From positions 10,241 through 74,240 of IMG/VR virus record IMGVR_UViG_3300029822_000004: a stretch of 64,000 nt of DNA; one strand, 5' to 3'. How positions within the stretch are numbered: the stretch's first letter is position 1; every line of letters begins with the position of its first letter. A program made the translations under genes and the position numbers. This stretch comes from a virus. The notes beneath the pieces were generated by a model, which was given only the letters and a program-made list of their open reading frames with translations, was not told where the DNA came from and ran no database searches. Below, one piece after another: positions 28,098 to 37,243 of this stretch.

Positions 28098-28987
28098 CAC
28101 AAACATTATTTCCTGAAAACGTGGCACCGAACGCAACCAAGCTACTTGTAGACAGCAAAAACGTGGCCTATCATGCTTATTCGTGGGCGCTCAAAGCCTA
28201 CGACGGCGAAGATGTCCAAGCGGCGTACTTTGTCTGCTTCTGGGCCAAGATCAAGTTCGCCGCCCGCCGCTGTCGCACTACCCGCATTGCCTTTTGCTGG
28301 GACAGCGACAACTCCAAGCGAACGGCTCTCTATCCTGCGTACAAAGCACAGCGGAAGGTTGCCGATGACCCCGAACGCGCAGAGATGTTCAAGACTTTCG
28401 ACCACACCCGCGATGTCGTATTGCCTGCTCTGGGATTCAAGAACAGCTACCTGCTGGACGGCTTTGAGGCCGATGACATTATTGCCAAATTGGTTGAACA
28501 GAACAAAGATAAACGCGTGCCACTGGTTATCTATTCCACCGACAGCGACTTGTATCAGCTTCTCGGCAACAACGTCTACATGATCAATGCGCGGATGGCA
28601 AGTGACTATGGACGCCTCAAGCCCTTCACTGCGGCATCCATGCGTGAAAAGTACGGTGTGACTCCTGCTGATTGGCCTATGGTAAAGGCTATCGCCGGCT
28701 GCAACTCCGATAACATTCCTGGTGTTCGGGGCATTGGTGAAAAGATCGCCTCTGCGTATATTCGTGGTGAGGCAAAGCCCATGGCCGTTGCAAGGATTGA
28801 AGCTAGCATGGACACAATCAAGGAAACGCTGCGGCTAGTCAAGTTGCCATTCGAGGGTACGCCTGATCTTGAATTCGTGCCGGATGCCCTGAACTACGAT
28901 GCGTTCATGCGGATGTCTGCCGAAATTGGCGCCATTAGCCTGAGTGATGATGGGTACTGGAAGCGTTTCTTCAATGGAGAGGTGTAA
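28094..28987 (+). CDS. 5'-3' exonuclease / flap endonuclease (PolI N-domain-like)
   Basis: LLVDS, YPAYKAQR, FEADDII, STDSDLYQL, SDNIPGVRGIGEK. Confidence 0.93.
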   Translation: MTQTLFPENVAPNATKLLVDSKNVAYHAYSWALKAYDGEDVQAAYFVCFWAKIKFAARRCRTTRIAFCWDSDNSKRTALYPAYKAQRKVADDPERAEMFKTFDHTRDVVLPALGFKNSYLLDGFEADDIIAKLVEQNKDKRVPLVIYSTDSDLYQLLGNNVYMINARMASDYGRLKPFTAASMREKYGVTPADWPMVKAIAGCNSDNIPGVRGIGEKIASAYIRGEAKPMAVARIEASMDTIKETLRLVKLPFEGTPDLEFVPDALNYDAFMRMSAEIGAISLSDDGYWKRFFNGEV

Positions 28988-28989
28988 CG

Positions 28990-29451
28990 ATGGCCGGCGT
29001 CTTTAGCATATTCATCCCATGCACACCAAAGGCCGTCCAGTCGGTGCGGTCTTTCGTGGCTGGCAAGAAAATTATGCACTACCAACCCAAGGACGTGGTT
29101 GACTGGAAGACGTACATCCAAGTAAGTATCCTCAACGCCCTTACACCCGCATGGACGCCACTTGAATGCCCCGTGTCCGTTGATGTGGTCTATATATTCT
29201 CTCCACGGAAGAGCGAAAAAAAGACCATCCTTGCGGAAATTGCTGACGGCGCGTGGTACTACAAGACGACAAGGCCCGACATGGACAATCTTGGCAAGGG
29301 CCTCTATGATGCATGTACTGGCGTGCTGTGGGCTGATGACTCGCAGATCGCAGAGAAACACGAGGTGAAAGTCTACGGAAAGAAAGAAGGCATAATGATA
29401 TGCGTAAACAAACTGCCAACGAGCATACAAAGCTCTACCAGTATCTCCTGA
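28990..29451 (+). CDS. rusA: RusA-family Holliday junction resolvase
   Basis: RPDMDNLGKGLYDA...WADDSQI. Confidence 0.9.
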   Translation: MAGVFSIFIPCTPKAVQSVRSFVAGKKIMHYQPKDVVDWKTYIQVSILNALTPAWTPLECPVSVDVVYIFSPRKSEKKTILAEIADGAWYYKTTRPDMDNLGKGLYDACTGVLWADDSQIAEKHEVKVYGKKEGIMICVNKLPTSIQSSTSIS

Positions 29452-29639
29452 AGAACCTGATTGATCCTACTGCGGTAGCCAAGCTGCTTCGATGTTCGCG
29501 ACAGACCATGCGTGTGTACACGTTGCAAGGCCCGCCGAGCTATCTGGTGGCATGCGCAATAGCCTATGTACTTGGTTGCACGCCAGAGGACATCTACAGC
29601 AAAGAGGAAAGCAGAAAGGCCAGAAGGAATGCTCTCTAA
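29400..29639 (+). CDS. HTH regulator
   Basis: VAKLLRCSRQTM...IAYVLGCTPEDIY. Confidence 0.6.
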   Translation: MRKQTANEHTKLYQYLLKNLIDPTAVAKLLRCSRQTMRVYTLQGPPSYLVACAIAYVLGCTPEDIYSKEESRKARRNAL

Positions 29640-30828
29640 AATTACATTGAAGAACATCCAAGCCCACGAGGATTTGACCTTGGAGTTTGGGCCGGGCCTC
29701 AATGTAATCCACGGCAGTACCGATAGTGGAAAGACTGCGGTACTGCGTGGTTTATTGTGGTCTGCACTGAATGATGGCAATGGCGACAAGTTGCTCAAAA
29801 ACAACAACGGATCAAAAGAGTGCTCAGTTGAATTGACGCTTGATGGCCACACTGTACGACGCTCATGGTCGAAGTCTGCCAACACGTATTCAATGGACGG
29901 TGTGAACTTCTCAGCCTTCAGGACATCGGTTCCTGCCGCAATCGCTGAAGTAGTGAACATGGACGCAATCAATGTCCAAAGGCGGCGTGATGTGCCCTTT
30001 ATGGTCTACTGGAAAGCCACCGAAAACGCCAACCAGTTCAGCCAGATGCTCGACATTGATGAAATCGACCGTTCTATCAATGCTATCAACAAAGACGTGC
30101 GAGAAGGCCAGCAGGCGGTAAACACCATTGAGGACAATCTACTGCTATCCAAACAAAAACTGGATGCCCTCGGGTGGGTTGATGGGGCCATGGAGGAGTT
30201 CAAGCATCTGGAAACGCTGAATGCCACCATAGACGACCACAAGGCAAAACTACAGGTTTATACACGTTTATACGACGATTACCGTATAAATGCCAACGCC
30301 GCAGAGGCCATCCAAGATTCGATGGCGGCCCTTGAAGATGTCACCGCCATCATAGAAGCGTATAACAACGTTGTACAGCTATCAAAGGACAAACAATGGC
30401 TATCAAAGACGTGTGAAGTGTATACCGCAGAATACCGACGTTGTACTGCGCTTAAATCTGCCGAAGATGGTTACACTGAGCTTGTAACTCTGCTTTCCGA
30501 TGTTACCAGAGCAAAGAATATAGCGGTAGAACGCGCGGAGCTCAACACGCTATACAAAGGCCATTTAGCCGCCGAGACCAACGTTACCAAGTATTCATAT
30601 GGCAAGGACAGCTTGACGCAAATTATGGCTGTTTGTGTGCTCGCTGAGGGCCTTCCAGAGCTACGAAAGAGCGTCACTTCACTACAGGCGGCACACAGGC
30701 AGTACCAGACACAAAAACAACACTACATCAACGCAAAACAGCTACAAGAACGCACAAAGGCACAGTTCGATGCTGCAATGCCGGATGTGTGCCCATTGTG
30801 CGGCTCAGAAGGATGCAAACACCAATGA
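29629..30828 (+). CDS. SbcC/Rad50-like ATPase, N-terminal half
   Basis: ITLKNIQAH, GLNVIHGSTDSGKT (Walker A), coiled coil, terminal CPLCG zinc hook. Confidence 0.85.
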   Translation: MLSKITLKNIQAHEDLTLEFGPGLNVIHGSTDSGKTAVLRGLLWSALNDGNGDKLLKNNNGSKECSVELTLDGHTVRRSWSKSANTYSMDGVNFSAFRTSVPAAIAEVVNMDAINVQRRRDVPFMVYWKATENANQFSQMLDIDEIDRSINAINKDVREGQQAVNTIEDNLLLSKQKLDALGWVDGAMEEFKHLETLNATIDDHKAKLQVYTRLYDDYRINANAAEAIQDSMAALEDVTAIIEAYNNVVQLSKDKQWLSKTCEVYTAEYRRCTALKSAEDGYTELVTLLSDVTRAKNIAVERAELNTLYKGHLAAETNVTKYSYGKDSLTQIMAVCVLAEGLPELRKSVTSLQAAHRQYQTQKQHYINAKQLQERTKAQFDAAMPDVCPLCGSEGCKHQ

Positions 30829-31721
30829 AACTACTCTGCATAGCCGATGTCCACTTGAAGGAAAAGAAACCCGAATGCCGCCTTGCCGAAGAGGATTGGC
30901 TACAGGTCATTGAACAAAAGATGGCCTGCATTGGTGAAATCGCTTCGGATGCCAATGTAGACGCCGTGGTAATAGCCGGTGATGTATTTGATGGCTGGCG
31001 TGGTGTATCATTCGAGTTCTTCAATCGCTGTGTGGTGTGGCTGAATTACATCAAAGCCAACACCAAGGACAAGAAGATATACACCATCGCAGGAAACCAT
31101 GATCTTCCTGAGCATCTCTATGAGCAGATTAGCAGGACGCCCTATCAAGCGATGTGTGTATCTGGCGTATTCACAGACATCTATGCCGATGATACCTTGC
31201 CCTTTACCTGCATGGCCTACACCGATCAGAGAATTACAGCGTCAAAAGACATTCTGGTTGCACACAAGGGCCTCTATCTGGAAAACAAGATATTCCCAGG
31301 CGTAAATGAAAATGCGCAGGTGGGGAACTTTGTTAAGAACTGCATACCGCCCAACGTCCGATTGGTCATAGCGGGCGACTTTCACAAACCGTTTACAACC
31401 ACCATCGGAAGTACACTCGTTGTCAACTGCGGGAGCATCTTCAGACTCCGTGCAGACCAATGCGAGTTCCAGCCTGTCGTACATATTGTCGATACCGATA
31501 TGATGACAGTCGTTAGCAAAAAGCTACCATTGTCAAATCCAATCCGTAGGGACTACATCGATGACCGCAATGACCGCAAAGAAGAGCTGAACGAAATCAT
31601 TGGCAACATCGATGGCGACTTCGAGATTACACTGAACTACCGAGACAATTTCAAAAAGTTAACAGAGGCACTACCAAACCGATCCGTCATCAACTCCATC
31701 TTTGAAAGGACACTGCAATGA
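30825..31721 (+). CDS. SbcD/Mre11-like metallophosphoesterase nuclease
   Basis: IADVH, AGDVFD, AGNHD, VAHK, AGDFH, NCGS. Confidence 0.9.
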   Translation: MKLLCIADVHLKEKKPECRLAEEDWLQVIEQKMACIGEIASDANVDAVVIAGDVFDGWRGVSFEFFNRCVVWLNYIKANTKDKKIYTIAGNHDLPEHLYEQISRTPYQAMCVSGVFTDIYADDTLPFTCMAYTDQRITASKDILVAHKGLYLENKIFPGVNENAQVGNFVKNCIPPNVRLVIAGDFHKPFTTTIGSTLVVNCGSIFRLRADQCEFQPVVHIVDTDMMTVVSKKLPLSNPIRRDYIDDRNDRKEELNEIIGNIDGDFEITLNYRDNFKKLTEALPNRSVINSIFERTLQ

Positions 31722-31969
31722 TTGACACCAACGAACTACTGACCCTCAAGAAAAAAGCAGAAGCAGCCGTAACCGAATACAATCAGGCGGTGGGGCGATT
31801 GTCTGCCATCAAGAACCAGATTAAAGAAGCGGGGTTCAACTCCATACTCGAAGTTGAGGCAGAGATTTCACGCCTGTCAGAACTTATCCAACAAACAGAA
31901 GCAGATGTCGAATCCCGCCTGAATGAGTGGAAGGCCAAATATTCGTCACTTATCAACCGGAGCTTGTAA
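31718..31969 (+). CDS. Small coiled-coil protein
   Basis: Heptad pattern; lies between SbcD and the SbcC C-terminal half. Confidence 0.65.
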   Translation: MIDTNELLTLKKKAEAAVTEYNQAVGRLSAIKNQIKEAGFNSILEVEAEISRLSELIQQTEADVESRLNEWKAKYSSLINRSL

Positions 31970-32571
31970 TGGACATCGATACATGTAAACAATCCTTAAT
32001 CGATGTGTACTATCGCAGAAAAGGCTATCTTGATGACATAGAGAGAGATACAAAACGCCTTGAAACGACGAAGGTCAATCTTGAAAATCTCCTATTGACA
32101 CAAGGACTCATTCAAGAAGCATCGCAAATGACCCTTGAGTGTATCAGCATTCGCATTAACAACATCGTCACAAAGGCGTTGGCTGCCGTATTGCCAGAGC
32201 CGTATACATTCGAGTTGAGCTTCCGCATCACTTATGGGAAGTTAAGTACGGATATGCGGTTAAAAAAGGACGGCAGGCTGTATGCACTTACGGATAACGT
32301 GGGTGATGGCGTTGTTGACATTGTGGCCTTGGCATTGCGTGTGGCCATATTGTGCCTAGACAAGCGCAAGTTACGGCGTTTGCTGGTGCTTGACGAGCCT
32401 GTAGGGGCCTTGAGCGTAGACTACCAGCCTTTAGCCGGCAAAATGCTTGAGCACCTGTCTAAGGCCCTCAATATGCAAATCATCATGGTGGCGGCGCACG
32501 GTAGCAACTACGAATTTACGGACGCCGAGGTCTTTGACTCAAGTAATTTCAGAAAAAAAATAAAAAATTGA
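31969..32571 (+). CDS. SbcC/Rad50-like ATPase, C-terminal half
   Basis: VGDGVVDIVALALR (signature-like), LLVLDEP (Walker B), QIIMVAAH (H-loop). Confidence 0.82.
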   Translation: MDIDTCKQSLIDVYYRRKGYLDDIERDTKRLETTKVNLENLLLTQGLIQEASQMTLECISIRINNIVTKALAAVLPEPYTFELSFRITYGKLSTDMRLKKDGRLYALTDNVGDGVVDIVALALRVAILCLDKRKLRRLLVLDEPVGALSVDYQPLAGKMLEHLSKALNMQIIMVAAHGSNYEFTDAEVFDSSNFRKKIKN

Positions 32572-32600
32572 AGAGTTCGTGTGAACTTTTGCTTTTCCAT

Positions 32601-32610
32601 TGCTATAGTA
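32601..32610 (+). promoter_or_regulatory. TGCTATAGTA -10 motif upstream of the large ncRNA candidate
   Basis: Same -10 word as the four other promoters; -35 is weaker. Confidence 0.55.
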
Positions 32611-32615
32611 TACTT

Positions 32616-33380
32616 GTCGGAGACCTAGAGGTTAAGACCGAACTCCGGGATTACACGACAGCGGCAACGTAGCGCTGTTCACACTGATTAAGGGGTATGC
32701 TGGCGGGCTAGGTGGCGTCTCAAAAGTGCATATTCCCGAGATACTGGTAGGCCAGTGGCGTGGTTCCCCAGACGAACCGGGTGACAACCTGACAGTTAGT
32801 TTGAGCATACTTAAAAGCTCCGTGATTGCTCTTTTACATCTTGGTTTCGAGTAAGGAGTCTGAGTAGGAGGCGAAAGCTAACCTACAGTAGCCAAATCAG
32901 AGAAAAATTGCATGCGAAGTTCGGACGGTTCGCTACAATCGGGCATGCAGCCAATGGTCAATAACGTAAGGGTATGCGCAGCCTAAAGCCAGCAATGGCC
33001 ATGGCATAAGTTGGTAGGGCCGCCAACAAGATGCATACAGCGGGTGAGAACCCCGCCAACAGGGAGCCACACAATTCAGCTCAACCAGTTGACACTTCAA
33101 GGTAACGACAGCCTGACGATGAAACAAGTGTTGGCGTAGCGATTCCAGCGCCGGACACGACCAAGATGTAAAAGCAAGCAACCGTTAATGCGGTTTTGCC
33201 TCCTGCGTGAAAACGGGATAGACTGTAGAGGTATGGTCTATCGGTGATGTGGGTGTCTCTTTCATGGTGCAACCACGCCATGTCTGCCACACAATGAAAG
33301 CGCTTGGAAGGACGTTAGGCAAAACTAGATTTTAGTCCACCAAGGGATTATTGTGCCTTTTATGGTTTTTAATCTTGGTT
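32616..33380 (+). ncRNA. Large, highly structured non-coding RNA candidate (boundaries approximate)
   Basis: About 940 bp with no credible ORF; 15-bp long-range helix 32831-32845/33160-33174; 9-bp helix 33193-33201/33317-33325; many local hairpins with GAAA/GCAA loops. Confidence 0.75.
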
Positions 33381-33510
33381 TCGCGGACAGGTAACGCAAC
33401 AAAAGAGCCTCCAATTAGCTAACCATTATACACTTCTTTCTTTTAAGAGGTGTTTACGTTTTCAGGCTTTTCAAGCCTTAAACAAAAACACAAAAACAGG
33501 TATTATCGGC

Positions 33511-34305
33511 ATGAAGTATCTCCATCCGGGTTCACTTGGTGACATAATTTACTCAATGCCCTTCATGTTAAGCAACGAGGGTATATTTGAACCAGAAGAG
33601 CTACCAAATGCCGACATACATTTGCTTTTGGATACTACTGGCTATGGCAATGCCCGATATGACGTTTTTCCGATTGTGACATCCATGGCGGCATTTTTAA
33701 ATACACAGCCATGCATCAAAAGTGTCAATGCCCAAAGAAGTTTCAATAACGACGAAAAGAGAACCTGTATTAACCTCGGGGCTTTTCGTGATGGCCGTGT
33801 ACAAATTGGCAAGGGCGATTGCATGCTCAGGTACAGGTATTTGAAAAGAATGCCCATGTACTACAATTTGGAAGCGCCGTGGCTCGAAGTACCCAAAGAG
33901 GATAAGTACAACCATCTGCAAAACAAGATCGTCGTATTCAGGAGCCACCGTTACCGCAACCGTCGTATGAGTTATGCACCATTGAAGCCCTACGCCGACA
34001 TAATGGTGTTTATAGGCTTCGAGAATGAATACCAGGACTTTTGTACCAGAACAGGCATAAAGCCCCAATTTCAGCCTATTACGGGCATTACTCAAGCCGC
34101 CGCAATGATCCGCAATGCCGCATTTGTCGTAGGGAACCAAACGTGTTTCTTTGCGCTGGCTGAAGGCATGAAGGCCCCACGGATACTTGAAATGAGTAGC
34201 GATCTGCCAGACGTAATTCCAAAGGGCGACTGGTCTTTTGATGCCGTGGATGACACTGATCTTGGTAACTGCCTGAAGCTCTGCGTGGCGACGTTCTTAC
34301 ACTAA
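33511..34305 (+). CDS. GT9-like (ADP-heptose transferase fold) glycosyltransferase
   Basis: HPGSLGDIIYSMP; VFIGFENEY; AAMIRNAAFVVGNQT..ALAEGMKAPRILE. Confidence 0.7.
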   Translation: MKYLHPGSLGDIIYSMPFMLSNEGIFEPEELPNADIHLLLDTTGYGNARYDVFPIVTSMAAFLNTQPCIKSVNAQRSFNNDEKRTCINLGAFRDGRVQIGKGDCMLRYRYLKRMPMYYNLEAPWLEVPKEDKYNHLQNKIVVFRSHRYRNRRMSYAPLKPYADIMVFIGFENEYQDFCTRTGIKPQFQPITGITQAAAMIRNAAFVVGNQTCFFALAEGMKAPRILEMSSDLPDVIPKGDWSFDAVDDTDLGNCLKLCVATFLH

Positions 34306-35235
34306 TGCCTTTGTAAGAATCTCAGTGTATGCGGCTTTAGTAATCGCCTTGTGTTCAGTCAGTTCTACATGCCGATTGAATAACGACTGCTGGTTGATTT
34401 GATCTAGTTGGCTTGGATTGAATGACAGGAAGCCATCTACTGCACCAAGGCGGAAGTCGTCCACCAATGTACACAAAGAAGGTATGGCCATTGATGCAGC
34501 TAGCCCACAACCATGTATTCTTGGCGACACAACAAAGCCATAGCGCCAATACAGTTCAACCAAGTCATGCCAATCATAACAGTAATGCACGGTGGCTGTA
34601 GGGAAGCGTTTTTTGGCCAAAGGAAGCTCATCACAGCGGTGACAGACGACATCAAAGGCCATGCGGTCAGCAAAGTAGTCAAAGCACATATCCGCTACCA
34701 TGGCATTCTTTTTACCGATGCCCTGCCAGCCCTCTTCCTTGTCATACACAAAGAGCGCCTTGTCAACTACCAAATCTGCACGTTGTCTATCAGCTACAAA
34801 CAATGCTGGACAGGGCATACACTTCACGCTGCGGCCAAAGAATGACGAGTATCTCTCAATGAGGTCTTCTTGGCGCACGGTGATGAGCTTGGCGGAGTTG
34901 GCCATCTCAGATACTGTCGTGAAGTCAATGTCGCCAGCACCAAGAATAAGCAACGGAATCTTGTTGTTGTTCACGATTTCGTAGAACGTCCGCATACGTT
35001 GTGTGAAGGTCTCGGGCGTTCCTGCTATAACCGCCAAATCGATTATGGAGGGATCGTAGTCACCAAAAACGCTGTCATCTCGCTGTACGCTCTTACGGTT
35101 TATGCTCGGATGACAATTATACAGTATGGCGTTGTGTTCACCGATTGTGGATTTGATCAGATTTATGGTGCCACGAAGAATCAGCTCGTCGCCTATATTC
35201 CATCCGCGTGTGGTCTTGTACAGCACGGTCTTCAA
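34297..35235 (-). CDS. Polysaccharide pyruvyl transferase family protein
   Basis: GWNIGDELI, LILGAG, LITVRQ, MPCPALF, VVSPRIHG...AIP; TTG start overlaps upstream stop. Confidence 0.78.
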   Translation of the reverse strand: MKTVLYKTTRGWNIGDELILRGTINLIKSTIGEHNAILYNCHPSINRKSVQRDDSVFGDYDPSIIDLAVIAGTPETFTQRMRTFYEIVNNNKIPLLILGAGDIDFTTVSEMANSAKLITVRQEDLIERYSSFFGRSVKCMPCPALFVADRQRADLVVDKALFVYDKEEGWQGIGKKNAMVADMCFDYFADRMAFDVVCHRCDELPLAKKRFPTATVHYCYDWHDLVELYWRYGFVVSPRIHGCGLAASMAIPSLCTLVDDFRLGAVDGFLSFNPSQLDQINQQSLFNRHVELTEHKAITKAAYTEILTKALV

Positions 35236-35567
35236 TCTTCTTTCCAGTCCTCTCGTTGGCGGGCGTTGGCCCTGTCTGCGGCCTTGACTAAATCGGCCTT
35301 TACTTCCGTGAGAGTGCAATTCATGTTCGATAGCTGCGTCTCAATCGCCGTGAGCCTGACTTTGATATCGAGTTGCATCATGGAGGCCCGTCGTTCTTCT
35401 TCAACGTCAGCAGCGTTCAGGCGCAAATAGCCGCTAATGCCAGCAGTCACCAATCCAGCATAAGCGAGCCACAGCCACAAAATATGACTCGCGATGTTGG
35501 TAATCTGGTCGCGTGGTGCTGGCGGCGGTGGTGATATCGTCCCTGGGTGCATTGTACCTCGTTCCAT
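35232..35567 (-). CDS. Membrane protein with one TM and a coiled coil (holin-like position)
   Basis: ILWLWLAYAGLVTAGISGYL followed by heptads. Confidence 0.5.
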   Translation of the reverse strand: MERGTMHPGTISPPPPAPRDQITNIASHILWLWLAYAGLVTAGISGYLRLNAADVEEERRASMMQLDIKVRLTAIETQLSNMNCTLTEVKADLVKAADRANARQREDWKED

Positions 35568-35692
35568 ATAGATTTATCCATGTTTTATTGGTCTTGGCGT
35601 CATCTGTAACATACCATAAAACAACGCCAAAGCAACACCGTATGCTATATTATGCACAGACACACCTTTAAAAGATTGAAAGGATTCAAGAC

Positions 35693-36289
35693 ATGGCTAT
35701 CGCTGTAGTATCATTGAAGACACCGGAGATTGATAGTTACGCAGTATATACCACGGAAACAAACCGGCTGTATTGTCAAAAGCACAATCTGCAATATTTC
35801 TGTTATGGCCACACGCTAGACAACACCAAAACTCCCCACTGGTCTAAGCTGCTTGCACTCAAAAATCACATTATGGATTATGACTGGCTGATGTGGATAG
35901 ATGCTGATGCTGCATTTGCCAACCACACTACGACCATTGAATCCATTATTGAAAACCACTCAGCGATGATATTAATGAGCAAAGGGCGGCTGTATGGCTG
36001 GAATTCTGGCGTGTTTTTATTGCGTGGTGGACAAGAGAGCGAATCTTGGCTTGATTTTGTATTTGGCTTACATGGTACTATTTCTGGGCCATTCTATGAA
36101 CAGGATGCCGTTGTGCACAGCTTTGGTCTTCCACTATATAAAGACAAAGTGATTGAGGTACCAAAGCGACTAATCAATGTATCAATAAAAGATTACACGG
36201 CTGGGGATTTTATAGTTCACGCGCACGGTACTGACAACAAGAAAAGAGAGTCGTTCTTTAAGTCGCTGCGTCAGTCTTTGCCATCATAG
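35693..36289 (+). CDS. GT34 (GMA12/MNN10-like) glycosyltransferase
   Basis: YCQKHNL..WSKL..DWLMWIDADA..WNSGVFLLR..YEQDA..GDFIVH. Confidence 0.85.
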   Translation: MAIAVVSLKTPEIDSYAVYTTETNRLYCQKHNLQYFCYGHTLDNTKTPHWSKLLALKNHIMDYDWLMWIDADAAFANHTTTIESIIENHSAMILMSKGRLYGWNSGVFLLRGGQESESWLDFVFGLHGTISGPFYEQDAVVHSFGLPLYKDKVIEVPKRLINVSIKDYTAGDFIVHAHGTDNKKRESFFKSLRQSLPS

Positions 36290-36735
36290 ACGTGGTAGTT
36301 GCCATCGTCTTCACTTGGTGTGTGGGGCTTCTGCTCATTGCGCTTTGCATTGTAATTCCAAGCAGCCCATCCACCAATGCGCAATCCACAGTAGATAGCC
36401 CTGCGACGCGCACCGCTTACACGACCTTTGAGCATCTCATATAGCACCCTATCTGCCGTTGCTCTATCCACGTCCTGATAGCGGTAGAAGTAGTCGTGCA
36501 GTATCGCCTCATACAGGTAGGCATGATCAAATGGATGCCCCAATGCCCTCCAAGCAAAGCGCGGCATGGAGCACCCATCTGACACAAAGCCCCTAGGAAC
36601 CAACACATCACCAATAGGCGTGTTGAGGTACAGGATGTCCTTCAAGAGCCTAATGCCGGTCTGACCATTGGGTAATTCAATGATCTCAACCGGCAGGCCC
36701 TGAGTCTTTTGCGAGTATGTATACAAATCAGGCAT
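36271..36735 (-). CDS. DUF1353-like phage protein
   Basis: VPRGFVSDGCSMPR..AILHDYFY..ADRVLYE..IYCGLRIGG. Confidence 0.85.
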   Translation of the reverse strand: MPDLYTYSQKTQGLPVEIIELPNGQTGIRLLKDILYLNTPIGDVLVPRGFVSDGCSMPRFAWRALGHPFDHAYLYEAILHDYFYRYQDVDRATADRVLYEMLKGRVSGARRRAIYCGLRIGGWAAWNYNAKRNEQKPHTPSEDDGNYHVYDGKD

Positions 36736-36742
36736 AGGCTAA

Positions 36743-37243
36743 TTACTTGTTCGGGTAGGTGATGCCCGTGGCTTTTTCAAGTGCCGCCGCTTCCGCAGGA
36801 GATAATGCCAGGCACTCCGGGCATTCGATGTATGACGCCTTGAGTAGCTTCCATTCTGACAGGCTCATATTCAATCCAGCAGGCACGGTTTCTGTTTTGT
36901 CCTTATCGACCATGCCATAGAGTTTAGACAGCACCGATTGCGTGATGCTTGCTCCGGCGGCTTGTGGGAGAGGAAGCGTAACCGTGTCGTTGTCGGCAAT
37001 ATCCCCACCGGCCTTGTTTTTGGCCACGTCGCCCCTAGTGCCATCATACGTCATAGCACCCTCAGTCCATGAAATCAGCGGAGTGCCAGCAACAGGCTCA
37101 ATGCCAGTAAGCTCAATGTAGACGCTTACGGTTTTTGTTTGTTGTCGCGCCGATGCCATGCCAACAGGCGATGTCAGGCCCGTACAGCCACAAAGAGTCG
37201 CCAGTAGAATCACCATGCACACGGCCATTAGAAGTTGTTTCAT
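36743..37243 (-). CDS. Putative lipoprotein
   Basis: Signal peptide with lipobox LCGC. Confidence 0.6.
   Translation of the reverse strand: MKQLLMAVCMVILLATLCGCTGLTSPVGMASARQQTKTVSVYIELTGIEPVAGTPLISWTEGAMTYDGTRGDVAKNKAGGDIADNDTVTLPLPQAAGASITQSVLSKLYGMVDKDKTETVPAGLNMSLSEWKLLKASYIECPECLALSPAEAAALEKATGITYPNK

Noticed and set aside
32616-33380. Group I or II intron, or tmRNA
   Set aside because: No interrupted gene flanks it, and I could not find the group II domain V, group I P7 core or tmRNA acceptor ends by eye. Needs cmscan to exclude formally.
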